Origin: Chitinophagales bacterium
Lineage (GTDB): Bacteria; Bacteroidota; Bacteroidia; Chitinophagales; UBA10324
Reading direction: 5' to 3'
Assembly (NCBI GenBank): GCA_038326325.1
Contig: JBBQJW010000013.1
Span: 15,460-79,459, forward strand
DNA: 64,000 nucleotides
A program made the position numbers and the translations under genes. Below are positions 32,381 through 42,720 of this stretch, piece after piece. The first letter of the stretch is position 1. Every line of letters begins with the position of its first letter. The notes below the pieces were generated by a model. It made no database searches, was not told the origin of the DNA, and worked only from the letters and a program-made list of their open reading frames with translations.

Positions 32381-33172
32381 ATGAGCACTTTAGAAAAAAA
32401 CAATCAGAACGGAATGTCTTTGGGTATTACGATGTTAAATAAGGTACCTGAGATAACACTCTACTTTTGGATTATAAAAATTTTGTGTACCACCGTTGGT
32501 GAAACCGCAGCCGATTTCCTTAATGAAAACCTGAACCTTGGCCTAACCGGTACAAGTTTAGTAATGGGTTTATTGTTGCTTGTTGTGCTCTTCTTTCAGT
32601 TCAGGTCAAAAAAATATTCTCCGAAAATTTATTGGCTTGCGGTAGTGCTTATCAGTATAGTTGGAACATTAATTACAGATAATCTAACCGACAACCTTGG
32701 AGTATCTCTTGATGTAACATCTATTGTCTTTGCAATCGCTTTAGCAATTACATTTCTAATCTGGTATCAAAGTGAAAAAACTCTTTCCGTTCATAAAATA
32801 AATACGAGCCGGAGAGAAGCATATTACTGGCTCGCGATACTTTTTACTTTCGCTTTAGGCACGGCCACAGGAGATTTATTAGCCGAAAAACTAAATGTGG
32901 GCTACTTAAACTCGGCATTACTTTTTGCGGGCGCTATTGCATTGGTTTTTGTCTTACATAAACTTTTGAAATTAAATGCGGTACTGTCTTTTTGGATTGC
33001 CTATATTTTAACTCGACCATTAGGCGCCTCCATTGGCGACTATCTCTCGCAATCAACCGACGATGGAGGGTTGGCATTAGGCACAGTTGTAACGAGCGCG
33101 CTATTTCTTGTTGCGATTTTACTTACTGTTATTTATTTGACCATGACTAAAAAGGATGTGATTACTGATTAA
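32381..33172 (+). CDS. COG4705-type polytopic membrane protein (unknown function)
   Basis: NKVPEITLYFWIIKILCTTVGETAADFL followed by about 7 more TM helices. Confidence 0.5.
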   Translation: MSTLEKNNQNGMSLGITMLNKVPEITLYFWIIKILCTTVGETAADFLNENLNLGLTGTSLVMGLLLLVVLFFQFRSKKYSPKIYWLAVVLISIVGTLITDNLTDNLGVSLDVTSIVFAIALAITFLIWYQSEKTLSVHKINTSRREAYYWLAILFTFALGTATGDLLAEKLNVGYLNSALLFAGAIALVFVLHKLLKLNAVLSFWIAYILTRPLGASIGDYLSQSTDDGGLALGTVVTSALFLVAILLTVIYLTMTKKDVITD

Positions 33173-33228
33173 ATGAAATTTTATAATTAAAGTTGATCGC
33201 AAATAAAATTTCAGTTTAAATTAAATCA

Positions 33229-34443
33229 ATGAAAATAATTTTAACAATGGTTTTATTTTTTGTTTCGGCAAATGCTTTTCCGCAAACAATAAAAATTTTA
33301 TTTGATGCAACAAAAGCTGAAACAGCAGGCAATGCTGATTGGGTAATTGATGCTGATCAGCACAACCTCGACTGGAATCCCAATGCACAAACAGGCAACG
33401 GGGATGAATCGAATGCACAACAATTTTCAACTCCCTCACAAAGTTCTGTTACTCTTAATACAACCGGAATATATTGGAACGGTGGTATTTCTAGCTGGGG
33501 AATTGATTGTGTAAAGCAGGGTTATGAAGTGGAGACTCTCCCTTATACAGGAAGCATTACATATAACAGCACATCAAACCCCCAAGATTTATCAAACTAT
33601 AAATTGTTCGTTGTTTGTGAGCCAAATATTTTATTTACCACTTCTGAAAAAACAGCGATACTCAATTATGTTCAGAATGGGGGCAGATTATTTATGATTT
33701 CTGATCACAATCAAAGTGATCGCAATGGAGATGGTTATGATTCGCCAGCTATATGGAATGATTTAATGAGTGCAAATCCGTTTGCAATACATTTTAACCT
33801 TAACAATTTCAGCGAAACATCCACAAGTGTTATAACCTCTTTAGCAGATAGTATTGAGAATGGAAATTATGGAACTGTTACACAGGTTTTATGGAGTGGT
33901 GGAACTGATATGACTATTGACACCAATATAAATGCGACTGTAAAAGGAGTTGTTTTTAAAAATGGATTTTTAAATGATAATACGAAGGTGATGTTTGCTT
34001 ATGCGCATTACGGCAGTGGTAGAATTGCTGCAATGGGAGATAGTTCGCCTGCCGATGATGGCAACGGTGATACGAATGATAATTTATATGATGGATACAT
34101 TGTTGATGCAAATGGGAATCATCAGAAATTAATTATGAATGCAACTGTCTGGTTGATGAGCGATAATGTGAGTTTACCTTCGGGCATAAATGAGTCGAAA
34201 ACAGCTAAAAACGATTTTCAAATTTTATCAAATCATAAAAATCTTTTTATAAAAAATAATTCATTGGAAGAAATACAGATTAAAATAGTTGATTATACGG
34301 GGAAATTAGTTTTTGAAAACTCATTAAATAAAAACGAAAATGCAAAAAATTTCACCCTTAATTTTTTAGCAACTGGAATTTATTTCGTTGAAACTCACAA
34401 TAGTAAAATTGTTACAACACAAAAAATATTCTTAACTGATTAG
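33229..34443 (+). CDS. Secreted T9SS cargo protein (unknown passenger)
   Basis: Signal peptide ...SANAFPQ. C-terminal CTD ...IQIKIVDYTGKLVFE...LATGIYFVETHNSKIVTTQKIFL. Confidence 0.6.
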   Translation: MKIILTMVLFFVSANAFPQTIKILFDATKAETAGNADWVIDADQHNLDWNPNAQTGNGDESNAQQFSTPSQSSVTLNTTGIYWNGGISSWGIDCVKQGYEVETLPYTGSITYNSTSNPQDLSNYKLFVVCEPNILFTTSEKTAILNYVQNGGRLFMISDHNQSDRNGDGYDSPAIWNDLMSANPFAIHFNLNNFSETSTSVITSLADSIENGNYGTVTQVLWSGGTDMTIDTNINATVKGVVFKNGFLNDNTKVMFAYAHYGSGRIAAMGDSSPADDGNGDTNDNLYDGYIVDANGNHQKLIMNATVWLMSDNVSLPSGINESKTAKNDFQILSNHKNLFIKNNSLEEIQIKIVDYTGKLVFENSLNKNENAKNFTLNFLATGIYFVETHNSKIVTTQKIFLTD

Positions 34444-34464
34444 CTAAAGAGAATAAAAATATTT

Positions 34465-35064
34465 CTATCTGAAATAAAATCCCATTCCTAAACTTAGCGT
34501 GTTGAAATTGTATTGCTCCATTCCTTTTGGAGTAAATGGAAGAATATGATAATTAGCAAATACATTGAAGCGCTTATGCTTCAATAACATTTCCGCTTGC
34601 GAAGCGAAGTTGAAACCTACCTGCGAGGTTTTTTTAGAAATGAAATTATCGTTGATTGAATTCCATCCAAAGCCGGTTCCTGCAGTCCACCTGAAGGTTT
34701 TTAACGCATTGTTAGTTAATACAAAATAAAAATTCATACTGATTTGAAGATTGCTCAATGATTTATTTGATGAGTCTGCACCATTAGCTTTATTATACAA
34801 TCCTTCCACTTCTAAAAAAGCAGGGCTGTCTTTATCATCATCTTCCTCGCGAACTCCCCCTCCAAAATTGTAAGCAGGTCTTCCAGCGAATGGCAATCTT
34901 GTTGTCGCATCAGTGTAACAACTAAAACCGTGCTTCACAAAAAAAGTAAACGGACGGTCAACTTCACCATTTGGTAAAAGGTGTTTTGGCTTTGTTGGCG
35001 TTTGGGCAACTGTTACACAAAAAATAAATTGGGCGAACAGAATTGAAAGTAGAATCTTTTTCAT
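34465..35064 (-). CDS. Small outer-membrane beta-barrel (porin-family) protein
   Basis: Signal peptide ...VTVAQ, 199 aa, C-terminal LSLGMGFYFR. Confidence 0.5.
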   Translation of the reverse strand: MKKILLSILFAQFIFCVTVAQTPTKPKHLLPNGEVDRPFTFFVKHGFSCYTDATTRLPFAGRPAYNFGGGVREEDDDKDSPAFLEVEGLYNKANGADSSNKSLSNLQISMNFYFVLTNNALKTFRWTAGTGFGWNSINDNFISKKTSQVGFNFASQAEMLLKHKRFNVFANYHILPFTPKGMEQYNFNTLSLGMGFYFR

Positions 35065-35158
35065 GCAGCAAATCTATGTTTCAATTTTAACAACAAGCAA
35101 ACAAAATATTTACCCGATAAAAAATTGAATTAAAAATGCAGGAAATAAAAAACTAAAT

Positions 35159-35569
35159 TTGCCGTTCAGCATCTCAATGAAACAAATCACTTCCATCTTA
35201 ATTCTTTCTTATTTTTTGGGTGGAATAGCTTTTTTACCTCAGGGAGATTTTTCAGTAATGCCTGATTTGCCTAAGATGTATCAACATTGCAAACTTACAG
35301 AGGATGCAGATTTGAACTTGATGGATTTTGTGACGGACCATTTGCTTGATATTAATGGTTCGTTTGACAAACACGATTTCGGCGATGCGCAGAAGCGACA
35401 CTCATCCACGCCCTTTTAGCACCAACAGCATCAATTAAGTTATAGTGTTGCCAATGTTTTTGTTTATACTTTTATTTCTTTCAATCAGAAAATTATTGTT
35501 CCGGCAATTAAATCTGTTCTTTATTATTCTGATTTTGCCAGTGGAATATTTCATCCGCCAAGCTTGTAA
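35159..35569 (+). pseudogene. Small conserved-looking membrane/His-rich protein interrupted by an in-frame TAG
   Basis: The ORF stops at TAG 35417-35419. The same frame then stays open for 49 more codons (HQQHQLSYSVANVFVYTF...SGIFHPPSL*, stop 35567-69). There is no independent start for the downstream part. Confidence 0.45.
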
Positions 35570-35641
35570 ATAATTATTTTTTTCGTGCAGCTGGTTTCAG
35601 ACTACATTTTTAATTTTTTTTCAAACTTTAAATACAAACAA

Positions 35642-36001
35642 ATGAAAAACCTTTTTTTAATGCTTGTCGCATTGGGTGTATTTGCATCTTGCGAAAAGCA
35701 CAATCAGAAATCAACACCTTGCCCGACAGTGGCTGCTGATGCAGTTCCAAAAACTGTTACAGATGCATTTGCTTTGAAGTATCCAACCGATTCAGCCACC
35801 ACATGGTACAATGTTGATGGCAAAGCATATTGCGCCAGGTTTTCTGCAAAGGGCGTTGACTCTTATGCTCACTTTTCAGTTGACGGAACATTTCAGAATG
35901 AAGTAACTCCAGGAGCGGAAGGTGATAATGTGAAGCAAACGGGAAACCATCAAGACAGCAGTTGCGATTGTGGAACTGAAAATACAGAAGGAACAGATTA
36001 A
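35642..36001 (+). CDS. PepSY-like (DUF2874-type) lipoprotein
   Basis: Start ATG 35642 (MKNLFLMLVALGVFASC lipobox). VPKTVTDAFALKYPTDSATTWYNVDGKAYCARF resembles the paralogue at 36929. Confidence 0.6.
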   Translation: MKNLFLMLVALGVFASCEKHNQKSTPCPTVAADAVPKTVTDAFALKYPTDSATTWYNVDGKAYCARFSAKGVDSYAHFSVDGTFQNEVTPGAEGDNVKQTGNHQDSSCDCGTENTEGTD

Positions 36002-36061
36002 ACATTCACAAAAAAGAAGTTGTGAATTTATTCGCTGCTTCTTTTATTAAAAAAATTCAAA

Positions 36062-36877
36062 ATGAAATTCAAAATAAATTTCTCAATCGTATTAATTTGT
36101 ATCTTAATGATTCCTTTCTATTCCAAATCACAGGCATTGGAAACGGAAGAATCAAAACCACTATTGCCTGGTCAGGTGGAGTTAGGAACCGGGTTGGAAT
36201 ATCAAATTTCGACTGAAGGAACTGAAAAAGCTTTGCCCATGGCAATTGAAGTTGGAATTGCAAAACGATTGACATTGTTGGTTGAGCCGGTTGCTTTCAC
36301 AACTATATCTCCAAAAATCGGAAATTCATCTACCGACTTCGGCGATTTGGAAGCAACATTGTTTTTTCAGATAGCAAAGGAGAAAAAAATAATGCCTTCC
36401 ATTTCGCTTTCTGCAGAAGTGAAATTTCCAATTACACATAATCCTAAAATAGGAACCGGTAAGACAGATTACTCGCCTTACTTTATTGCAAGTAAAACAA
36501 CGGGGAAATTTTTCACCAGCTTGAATCTTAGTTATACTATTCTTGGTAAACCTGCCGATGCACAAATTAAAAATATTTTTGGCTATGCACTCGGAACCAT
36601 TTTTACTGTATCAAAGAAAAGTATATTGTTCGGCGAAGTGTACGGAAACACTTCCGCACTCGTTGGAGGAGAAACTCCTGAGGGGCAAATTCCACTTACC
36701 AGTTCCACAATTCAGATTTCCGAATTAACCGGTGGAGAAACGGTTGGCGCAATTGGTTTCGGATTTTACCTGAAGAAAGAACTGCTTTTATCTTTAGGCA
36801 TAAATTATGATAACAATGCGGCGCTGCTAATTCGACCAGGAATAGAATGGAAGTTTGGCGGAAAACCAAAACCTTAA
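36062..36877 (+). CDS. Outer-membrane beta-barrel, MetA-pathway/transporter-like
   Basis: Signal peptide ...YSKSQA, beta-strand alternation, C-terminal IEWKF. Confidence 0.45.
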   Translation: MKFKINFSIVLICILMIPFYSKSQALETEESKPLLPGQVELGTGLEYQISTEGTEKALPMAIEVGIAKRLTLLVEPVAFTTISPKIGNSSTDFGDLEATLFFQIAKEKKIMPSISLSAEVKFPITHNPKIGTGKTDYSPYFIASKTTGKFFTSLNLSYTILGKPADAQIKNIFGYALGTIFTVSKKSILFGEVYGNTSALVGGETPEGQIPLTSSTIQISELTGGETVGAIGFGFYLKKELLLSLGINYDNNAALLIRPGIEWKFGGKPKP

Positions 36878-36928
36878 AAAAATTTAATTTCAAAACAAAA
36901 ACAAAAACTAAAAACAAAATTCAAAACC

Positions 36929-37351
36929 ATGAAAAAGATTTTAATTTGGATGAGCGTAATTCTATTTGCAGTTGTTGCGTATTCATTTGCAGGTGTTACT
37001 CCTCCGAAAGTTGTTACAGATGCTTTCAAAACTAAATTTCCAAAAGCAACGGATGTTGAATGGGGAATGGAAGGCAAAACGGAATACGAAGCTGAGTTTA
37101 AATTAGATGGAAAAGATGTGTCAGCTAACTTTAAAGTAGACGGAAGCTGGACCGAAACAGAAGCTTCAGTGGAGAAAGCAGATTTACCTGCAGGAGTTAT
37201 GGAGTACATGAAAAAAAATGTTCCGGATGCAGATATTAAAGAAACTGCTAAAATTGATAGCCCTACCGGTTCTGTTTATGAAGTGGAAGTAAAAGGATTG
37301 GCTTATCTGTTTGATATGTCAGGAAAGTTTATTAAATCTAGTAAGGATTAA
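36929..37351 (+). CDS. PepSY-like domain protein
   Basis: PPKVVTDAFKTKFPKATDVEWGMEGKTEYEAEF and ADLPAGVMEYMKKNVPDADIKETAKID...YEVEV form the classic two-repeat PepSY-like pattern. Confidence 0.7.
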   Translation: MKKILIWMSVILFAVVAYSFAGVTPPKVVTDAFKTKFPKATDVEWGMEGKTEYEAEFKLDGKDVSANFKVDGSWTETEASVEKADLPAGVMEYMKKNVPDADIKETAKIDSPTGSVYEVEVKGLAYLFDMSGKFIKSSKD

Positions 37352-37364
37352 TTTTTTTATAGAG

Positions 37365-37399
37365 AAGAAGTTCTCCGATTTGTCGGAGAACTTCTTTTT
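37365..37399 (+). terminator. Rho-independent terminator
   Basis: 14-bp perfect stem AAGAAGTTCTCCGA / TCGGAGAACTTCTT, loop TTTG, T-tail. Confidence 0.8.
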
Positions 37400-37443
37400 A
37401 TGTTTGAACACAGCAAAAAATTTCTTCCACTGAAAATATTTTA

Positions 37444-38751
37444 ATGATTGGAAATTATACTAGGTCTATATCTCAATTCTTTCTGTTTTGGAAAGCAAGC
37501 TTAACTGGCAGGTGGATATTCAAGTCCGGTTTATTTATTCTTTTGTGCTGTAAGAGTTCAGTATTATTTGCACAACAAAAATCGCTGGATGAGTTTATTC
37601 AGTCAGCAATAAAATTCAGTCCTGTTTATATTGATAATACAAATCAGCTACAATCGCTCGCGCTCGATAGTCTATTGATTCGCGCCGGGTTGAAACCTCA
37701 GGTCAATTTTATAAGCAACGATATGTATGCTCCGGTGATAAATGGTTTTGGATATGATAACGCAATTACAAATGGTGCTAATGTGAATGCATTGCTCGGA
37801 GTGAATTACACTCTTGTTGGAAGGAAAAACCTGATGAATCAATATGGGTTTATCAATATTCAGAAAAACATTCTCACATTAAAATTAAAACTCAGTGAGC
37901 GCGATTTGAAACAATCAGTCGAGCAGCAGTTCATCACCGTATATGGCGAACAGGAGTCAATCAGAAATGAAGAAGAAGTGCTTGCCTTGTTTAAAAAAGA
38001 AGAAGCAATTTTAAAGCAACTCACCCAATCAGCCGTTTACAACCAAACCGATTACCTTAACTTTTTAGTTACACTTAATCAGCGCAAGTTGAGTTACTCG
38101 CAGCAACTGTTACAGGCACGAAATGATTTTTATGTTTTGAATTACCTGTGCGGCATAGCCGATACAACTTATTATAGTTTGAGTCCACCAACTATTTCAA
38201 TCGCAAAAAATTATTCTGTAACACAATCACTTTTATTTCAGCAATTTGTTTTTGATAGTTTGAGAATTAAGAACTCATTTGACAAAATTCAATATCTCTA
38301 CAAACCAAGACTTAGTGTGATGGGCGATGCTGGTTATAATTCCTCGCTCGCCGTTCATCCGGAGAAAAATTTCGGTGCAAGTTTGGGATTAAATCTGTCT
38401 GTTCCTATTTACAATGGAAGGCAGCGGAACTTTCAGGAGCAGAAAATTTTCTTTGAACAAAATTCAAATAAGTCATACCGGAATTATTTTATTGCTCAAT
38501 ACAATATCAAACAAACTCAATTAATAGAACAGATTGCAGGAATCGAAAAAATTCTCGCCGATGGACAACAGCAGCTATTACTTTCAAAAACATTAATTGA
38601 TGCTTACGAAAAAATGCTTCCTTCCGGAGATTTAAAAATTGCCGATTATCTTTTTTCAGTTTCCAATTACCTTTCATCGCAGAACACTATTTCACAACTG
38701 AAAATAAATCGCATTCAATTGATTAGTCAGTTCAACTACTTCATTCAATAA
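37444..38751 (+). CDS. TolC-family outer-membrane efflux protein
   Basis: 435 aa with OEP-type two-repeat coiled-coil/beta pattern. It is the first gene of the efflux operon. Confidence 0.75.
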   Translation: MIGNYTRSISQFFLFWKASLTGRWIFKSGLFILLCCKSSVLFAQQKSLDEFIQSAIKFSPVYIDNTNQLQSLALDSLLIRAGLKPQVNFISNDMYAPVINGFGYDNAITNGANVNALLGVNYTLVGRKNLMNQYGFINIQKNILTLKLKLSERDLKQSVEQQFITVYGEQESIRNEEEVLALFKKEEAILKQLTQSAVYNQTDYLNFLVTLNQRKLSYSQQLLQARNDFYVLNYLCGIADTTYYSLSPPTISIAKNYSVTQSLLFQQFVFDSLRIKNSFDKIQYLYKPRLSVMGDAGYNSSLAVHPEKNFGASLGLNLSVPIYNGRQRNFQEQKIFFEQNSNKSYRNYFIAQYNIKQTQLIEQIAGIEKILADGQQQLLLSKTLIDAYEKMLPSGDLKIADYLFSVSNYLSSQNTISQLKINRIQLISQFNYFIQ

Positions 38752-38755
38752 CTCA

Positions 38756-39688
38756 ATGAAAAAAAATCATTCATACTTTCTACTGATTATTTGTTTCGCA
38801 CTTTTATATTCATGCGGAAACAGCGACAATATAACTGATACTAAAGAAGTAATAAATGCAACTCCAGTAACTGTTACATCTATAATTGTTGGCCCACTGT
38901 TACAGACTATTGAATTGAGTGCAACTGCTTCCTTCCTCCAAAAAACAATTGTGAAGGCAAGCACTTCCGGCTATATCAGTGATTTAAAAATTAAACCAGG
39001 GGATTTTATAAATAAGGGCGAAACTCTTTTCACCATTAAATCAAAAGAAGCAACAAGTGTTGGCAACGCTATAAATAAAATTGATACTTCCTTCCACTTC
39101 ACTGGAATTTCAATTGTGAAATCGCCTGCAAGTGGTTACATCAACGAACTCAATTATGCGAACGGAGATTTTGTGCAGGAAGGAGAGCAGATTTCAATTA
39201 TAAATGATGCATCAAGTTTTTCTTTTGTAATGAACATTCCTTATGAGCAGATTTCTCTTTTGAAAAATAATTCCTCGGTTCAACTGCGATTGCCTGATGG
39301 AAATACTATAAATGGAATAATTGATAAGGCAATGCCCTCGGTAGATGCTGCTTCTCAAACACAAAATATTTTAATTCATGTCCAGTCAACGACTATGATT
39401 CCTGAAAACCTGATTGCAAAAGTGATATTGGTGAAATCGAAAAAGGATAATGTTGTTACACTTCCGAAAGAATCTGTATTGACCAACGAAACCCAAGATG
39501 AATACTGGGTGATGAAAATGCTGAACGATACTATTGCAATAAAAATTTCGATACAAAAAGGAATGGAAACAACTGATGCTGTTGAAATTCTTTCACCGAC
39601 TTTTTCTGCAACTGATAAATTTTTATTGACAGGAAATTACGGCCTTCCTGATACCGCTATTGTTCAAATAGAAAACGGAAAACGATAA
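38756..39688 (+). CDS. Efflux RND periplasmic adaptor (membrane fusion protein)
   Basis: Lipobox LLYSC and a biotinyl-lipoyl-like hairpin (SGYISDLKIKPGDFINKGETLFTI ... SGYINELNYANGDFVQEGEQISII). Its stop overlaps the next start (TAATG). Confidence 0.8.
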   Translation: MKKNHSYFLLIICFALLYSCGNSDNITDTKEVINATPVTVTSIIVGPLLQTIELSATASFLQKTIVKASTSGYISDLKIKPGDFINKGETLFTIKSKEATSVGNAINKIDTSFHFTGISIVKSPASGYINELNYANGDFVQEGEQISIINDASSFSFVMNIPYEQISLLKNNSSVQLRLPDGNTINGIIDKAMPSVDAASQTQNILIHVQSTTMIPENLIAKVILVKSKKDNVVTLPKESVLTNETQDEYWVMKMLNDTIAIKISIQKGMETTDAVEILSPTFSATDKFLLTGNYGLPDTAIVQIENGKR

Positions 39689-42600
39689 TGCGGTTTTTTA
39701 AAACTTACAGAAGCCCGCTTGCAGTTGTTTCTGTTATCATTCTTTTAGCAGGAGTTTTTATGTACGACAAAATGCAGTCGTCACTGTTTCCAGAAATTAC
39801 ATTCCCTAAAATAAAAATCATTTGTGATGCTGGACAGATGCCGGTTGATAAAATGATGGTGAGTGTTACACGCCCTATTGAGCAGGCCGTAAAGCAGGTT
39901 CCTTCATTAAAATTATTGCGAAGTACAACGAGCCGCGGCAGTTGTGAGTTGAGCGCGTTCATGGATTGGTCGGTTGACATTGATAAAAGCCAGCAACAGA
40001 TTGAATCGAAAATTAACGCAATAAAAAATTTGTTGCCTGCCGATGTGGAGATTACAGTAGAGAAAATGAATCCCTCCATTCTACCTGTGATTGGATACAC
40101 GCTGGAAAGTAATTCGTTCTCGCCGGTTGAATTAAAAATGCTCGCGCTTTATAACATCAAACCATTTCTTTCGCAAGTGGACGGAGTAAGTGAAGTGCGT
40201 GTGATAGGGGGCAAGCAAAAGGAATATCAGTTACAGCTCAATGCCGAAAAAATGACCGCGTTGGGTGTTACACCTGATAAAGTAAGCCTGTCATTAAGCG
40301 AAACAGGATTCATTCGCAGCAATGGGTATCAGAATGATTATCGGCGCATGTATTTGAGCATTACCGATGCGCAACTTAGAAACAAAGTTGATTTGGAAAA
40401 TTTAGTCGTGAGTAACGACGGCAAAAGAATTGTTCGTCTTTCCGATATTTCTACAATAGAAATTAAGGAAGCGAAGGAGTATATAAAAATTAACGCGAAC
40501 GGTAAGGAAGCTATTTTGTTGGCAGTCGTGAAACAGCCAAACGCAAATCTGTTACAGTTATCGGCTGACATGAATGCCAAGGTGGAGGAACTGAAAAAAG
40601 CATTACCAAAAAATGTAATCATCAAACCATACTATGAGCAAGCTGATTTTGTTAATGATTCTATAAAAAGTGTTCGCGATAGTTTACTTATTGGTTTGTT
40701 GCTGGCAATAGTTGTTGCCATTTTATTTTTGCGTTCGTTTAAAGCAAGTACCACCATTCTTGTTGGCATTCCGCTCACACTTTGCTTAACTGTTATTGTG
40801 TTGTATGCAATGGGAATGACATTTAATATTATGACACTCGGTGCTATTGCAGCAGCTATCGGGTTAATTATTGACGATGCAATTGTAGTGGTCGAACAAA
40901 TTCATAGAACGAAAGAAGAAAATCCGAATGAAAAATATTCAACTATTGTAGGCAAGGCATTGAGTTATTTATTTCCGGCAATGATTGGTTCATCGCTCAG
41001 CACTATAGTAATTTTTATTCCATTCCTATTAATGAGCGGAGTAGCAGGCGCTTACTTTAAAGTGATGACGAACACCATGATTGTTACACTCGTGTGTTCA
41101 TTCTTTGTTACCTGGTTGCTCTTGCCCGTGGTGTATTTATTTCTTTCAAGTGATTCGCGTAGAAAAAAAGAAGATGACTCACATGAAGTTAAAACACGAC
41201 CCTGGATTAAATTTTTCATTACTAAACCCTACATCAGTTTTCTAATCATTTTACTTTTTGCCGGAAGCATTGTGTTCATTCTTCCTCGATTGACAACCGG
41301 ATTTTTACCTGAGATGGATGAAGGAAGTATTGTGATGGATTATTCTTCACCACCCGGAACTTCATTGGAGGAAACTGACCATATGCTTAGTGAAGCAAAT
41401 AAAATTATTTTGCAAATTCCGGAGGTGGATGCTTACTCCTGCAGAATTGGAACACAGATGGGGTTTTTTATTACTGAACCCAATACCGGAGATTATTTAA
41501 TTCAACTTAAGAAAAACAGAACACGAACTACAGAACAGGTGATTGAAGATATACGAGCAAGAATTGAAGCTCGTGAACCTGCACTGCGCATTGATTTCGG
41601 ACAAGTGATTGGCGATATGCTTGGCGATTTAATGGCGAGCGTGCAACCTGTTGAAGTAAAAATTTTCGGAAGCGACAGAAAAGTGTTACACCAACTGGCG
41701 CGACAGATAGCTGCGAAAGTGGAAAAGGTGGATGGCGCGGCGGATGTGTTTGACGGAATTGTGATTGCAGGTCCTTCGGTTTCTGTCCAACCACGCTCAG
41801 CACAGTTGGCGCAATTAGGGATTACACCAGCAAATCTTCAAACTCAAATACAAAATTCCGTTGAAGGAACTTTAGTTGGAAATATTTTTGAAAGCGATCA
41901 ACTCACCAATGTTCGCATGGTGTATTCGAACTTTGGAAAAAATTCTATTGAGCAATTGAACAATCTGAATTTGTTTTTGCCTGATGGAAAATTGCAGCCC
42001 GTAAAAAATTTGGTGGACATAAAAATTGATAGCGGTGATGCAGAAATTGAAAGAGAGAATTTACAGAACATGTGCGCCGTTACAGCACGATTGGAAAGCC
42101 GCGATTTAGGAAGTGTGATGAATGATGTAAAGAAAATTGTTTCCACTATTTCTCTTCCCACCGGATATCACATTGAATATGGTGGCGCATATGCCGAGCA
42201 GCAAAAATCATTTGATGAATTGCTCATGATTTTAATAACTGCTTGTCTATTGGTGTTTGGAGTAATTCTATTCCTGTTTCGTGATTTTAAAATTGCCTGT
42301 ACAATATTGTTGATTTCTGTTTTAGGAATAGCAGGAAGTTATGTTGCGCTCTTTATTACAAACACCCCACTCAATGTTGGAAGTTACACCGGCATCATTA
42401 TGATTGTTGGAATCATTGGCGAGAATGCAATATTTACATTTCTCCAGTTTCGTGAATCAATGAATGGTGGACAAAAACCTGATGACGCAATTATTTACTC
42501 CATCTCTACGCGACTGCGTCCAAAGTTAATGACTGCATTCGGAGCCATCATTGCACTCATGCCCATCGCACTTGGAATTGGAACAGGAGCACAGCTTCAT

Positions 42601-42720
42601 CAACCACTTGCCATTGCAGTGATTGGTGGATTCCTTTCTGCGCTTCCACTACTGTTGATTGTTTTTCCAAGTTTGTTAAATATTATTTATCGGAATCAAA
42701 AAATAAAAACCAACTCATGA
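39688..42720 (+). CDS. RND efflux permease (AcrB/CzcA/CusA superfamily)
   Basis: 1010 aa with a 12-TM, two-large-loop architecture. GLIIDDAIVVVE motif. It overlaps the next gene by ATGA. Confidence 0.9.
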   Translation: MRFFKTYRSPLAVVSVIILLAGVFMYDKMQSSLFPEITFPKIKIICDAGQMPVDKMMVSVTRPIEQAVKQVPSLKLLRSTTSRGSCELSAFMDWSVDIDKSQQQIESKINAIKNLLPADVEITVEKMNPSILPVIGYTLESNSFSPVELKMLALYNIKPFLSQVDGVSEVRVIGGKQKEYQLQLNAEKMTALGVTPDKVSLSLSETGFIRSNGYQNDYRRMYLSITDAQLRNKVDLENLVVSNDGKRIVRLSDISTIEIKEAKEYIKINANGKEAILLAVVKQPNANLLQLSADMNAKVEELKKALPKNVIIKPYYEQADFVNDSIKSVRDSLLIGLLLAIVVAILFLRSFKASTTILVGIPLTLCLTVIVLYAMGMTFNIMTLGAIAAAIGLIIDDAIVVVEQIHRTKEENPNEKYSTIVGKALSYLFPAMIGSSLSTIVIFIPFLLMSGVAGAYFKVMTNTMIVTLVCSFFVTWLLLPVVYLFLSSDSRRKKEDDSHEVKTRPWIKFFITKPYISFLIILLFAGSIVFILPRLTTGFLPEMDEGSIVMDYSSPPGTSLEETDHMLSEANKIILQIPEVDAYSCRIGTQMGFFITEPNTGDYLIQLKKNRTRTTEQVIEDIRARIEAREPALRIDFGQVIGDMLGDLMASVQPVEVKIFGSDRKVLHQLARQIAAKVEKVDGAADVFDGIVIAGPSVSVQPRSAQLAQLGITPANLQTQIQNSVEGTLVGNIFESDQLTNVRMVYSNFGKNSIEQLNNLNLFLPDGKLQPVKNLVDIKIDSGDAEIERENLQNMCAVTARLESRDLGSVMNDVKKIVSTISLPTGYHIEYGGAYAEQQKSFDELLMILITACLLVFGVILFLFRDFKIACTILLISVLGIAGSYVALFITNTPLNVGSYTGIIMIVGIIGENAIFTFLQFRESMNGGQKPDDAIIYSISTRLRPKLMTAFGAIIALMPIALGIGTGAQLHQPLAIAVIGGFLSALPLLLIVFPSLLNIIYRNQKIKTNS

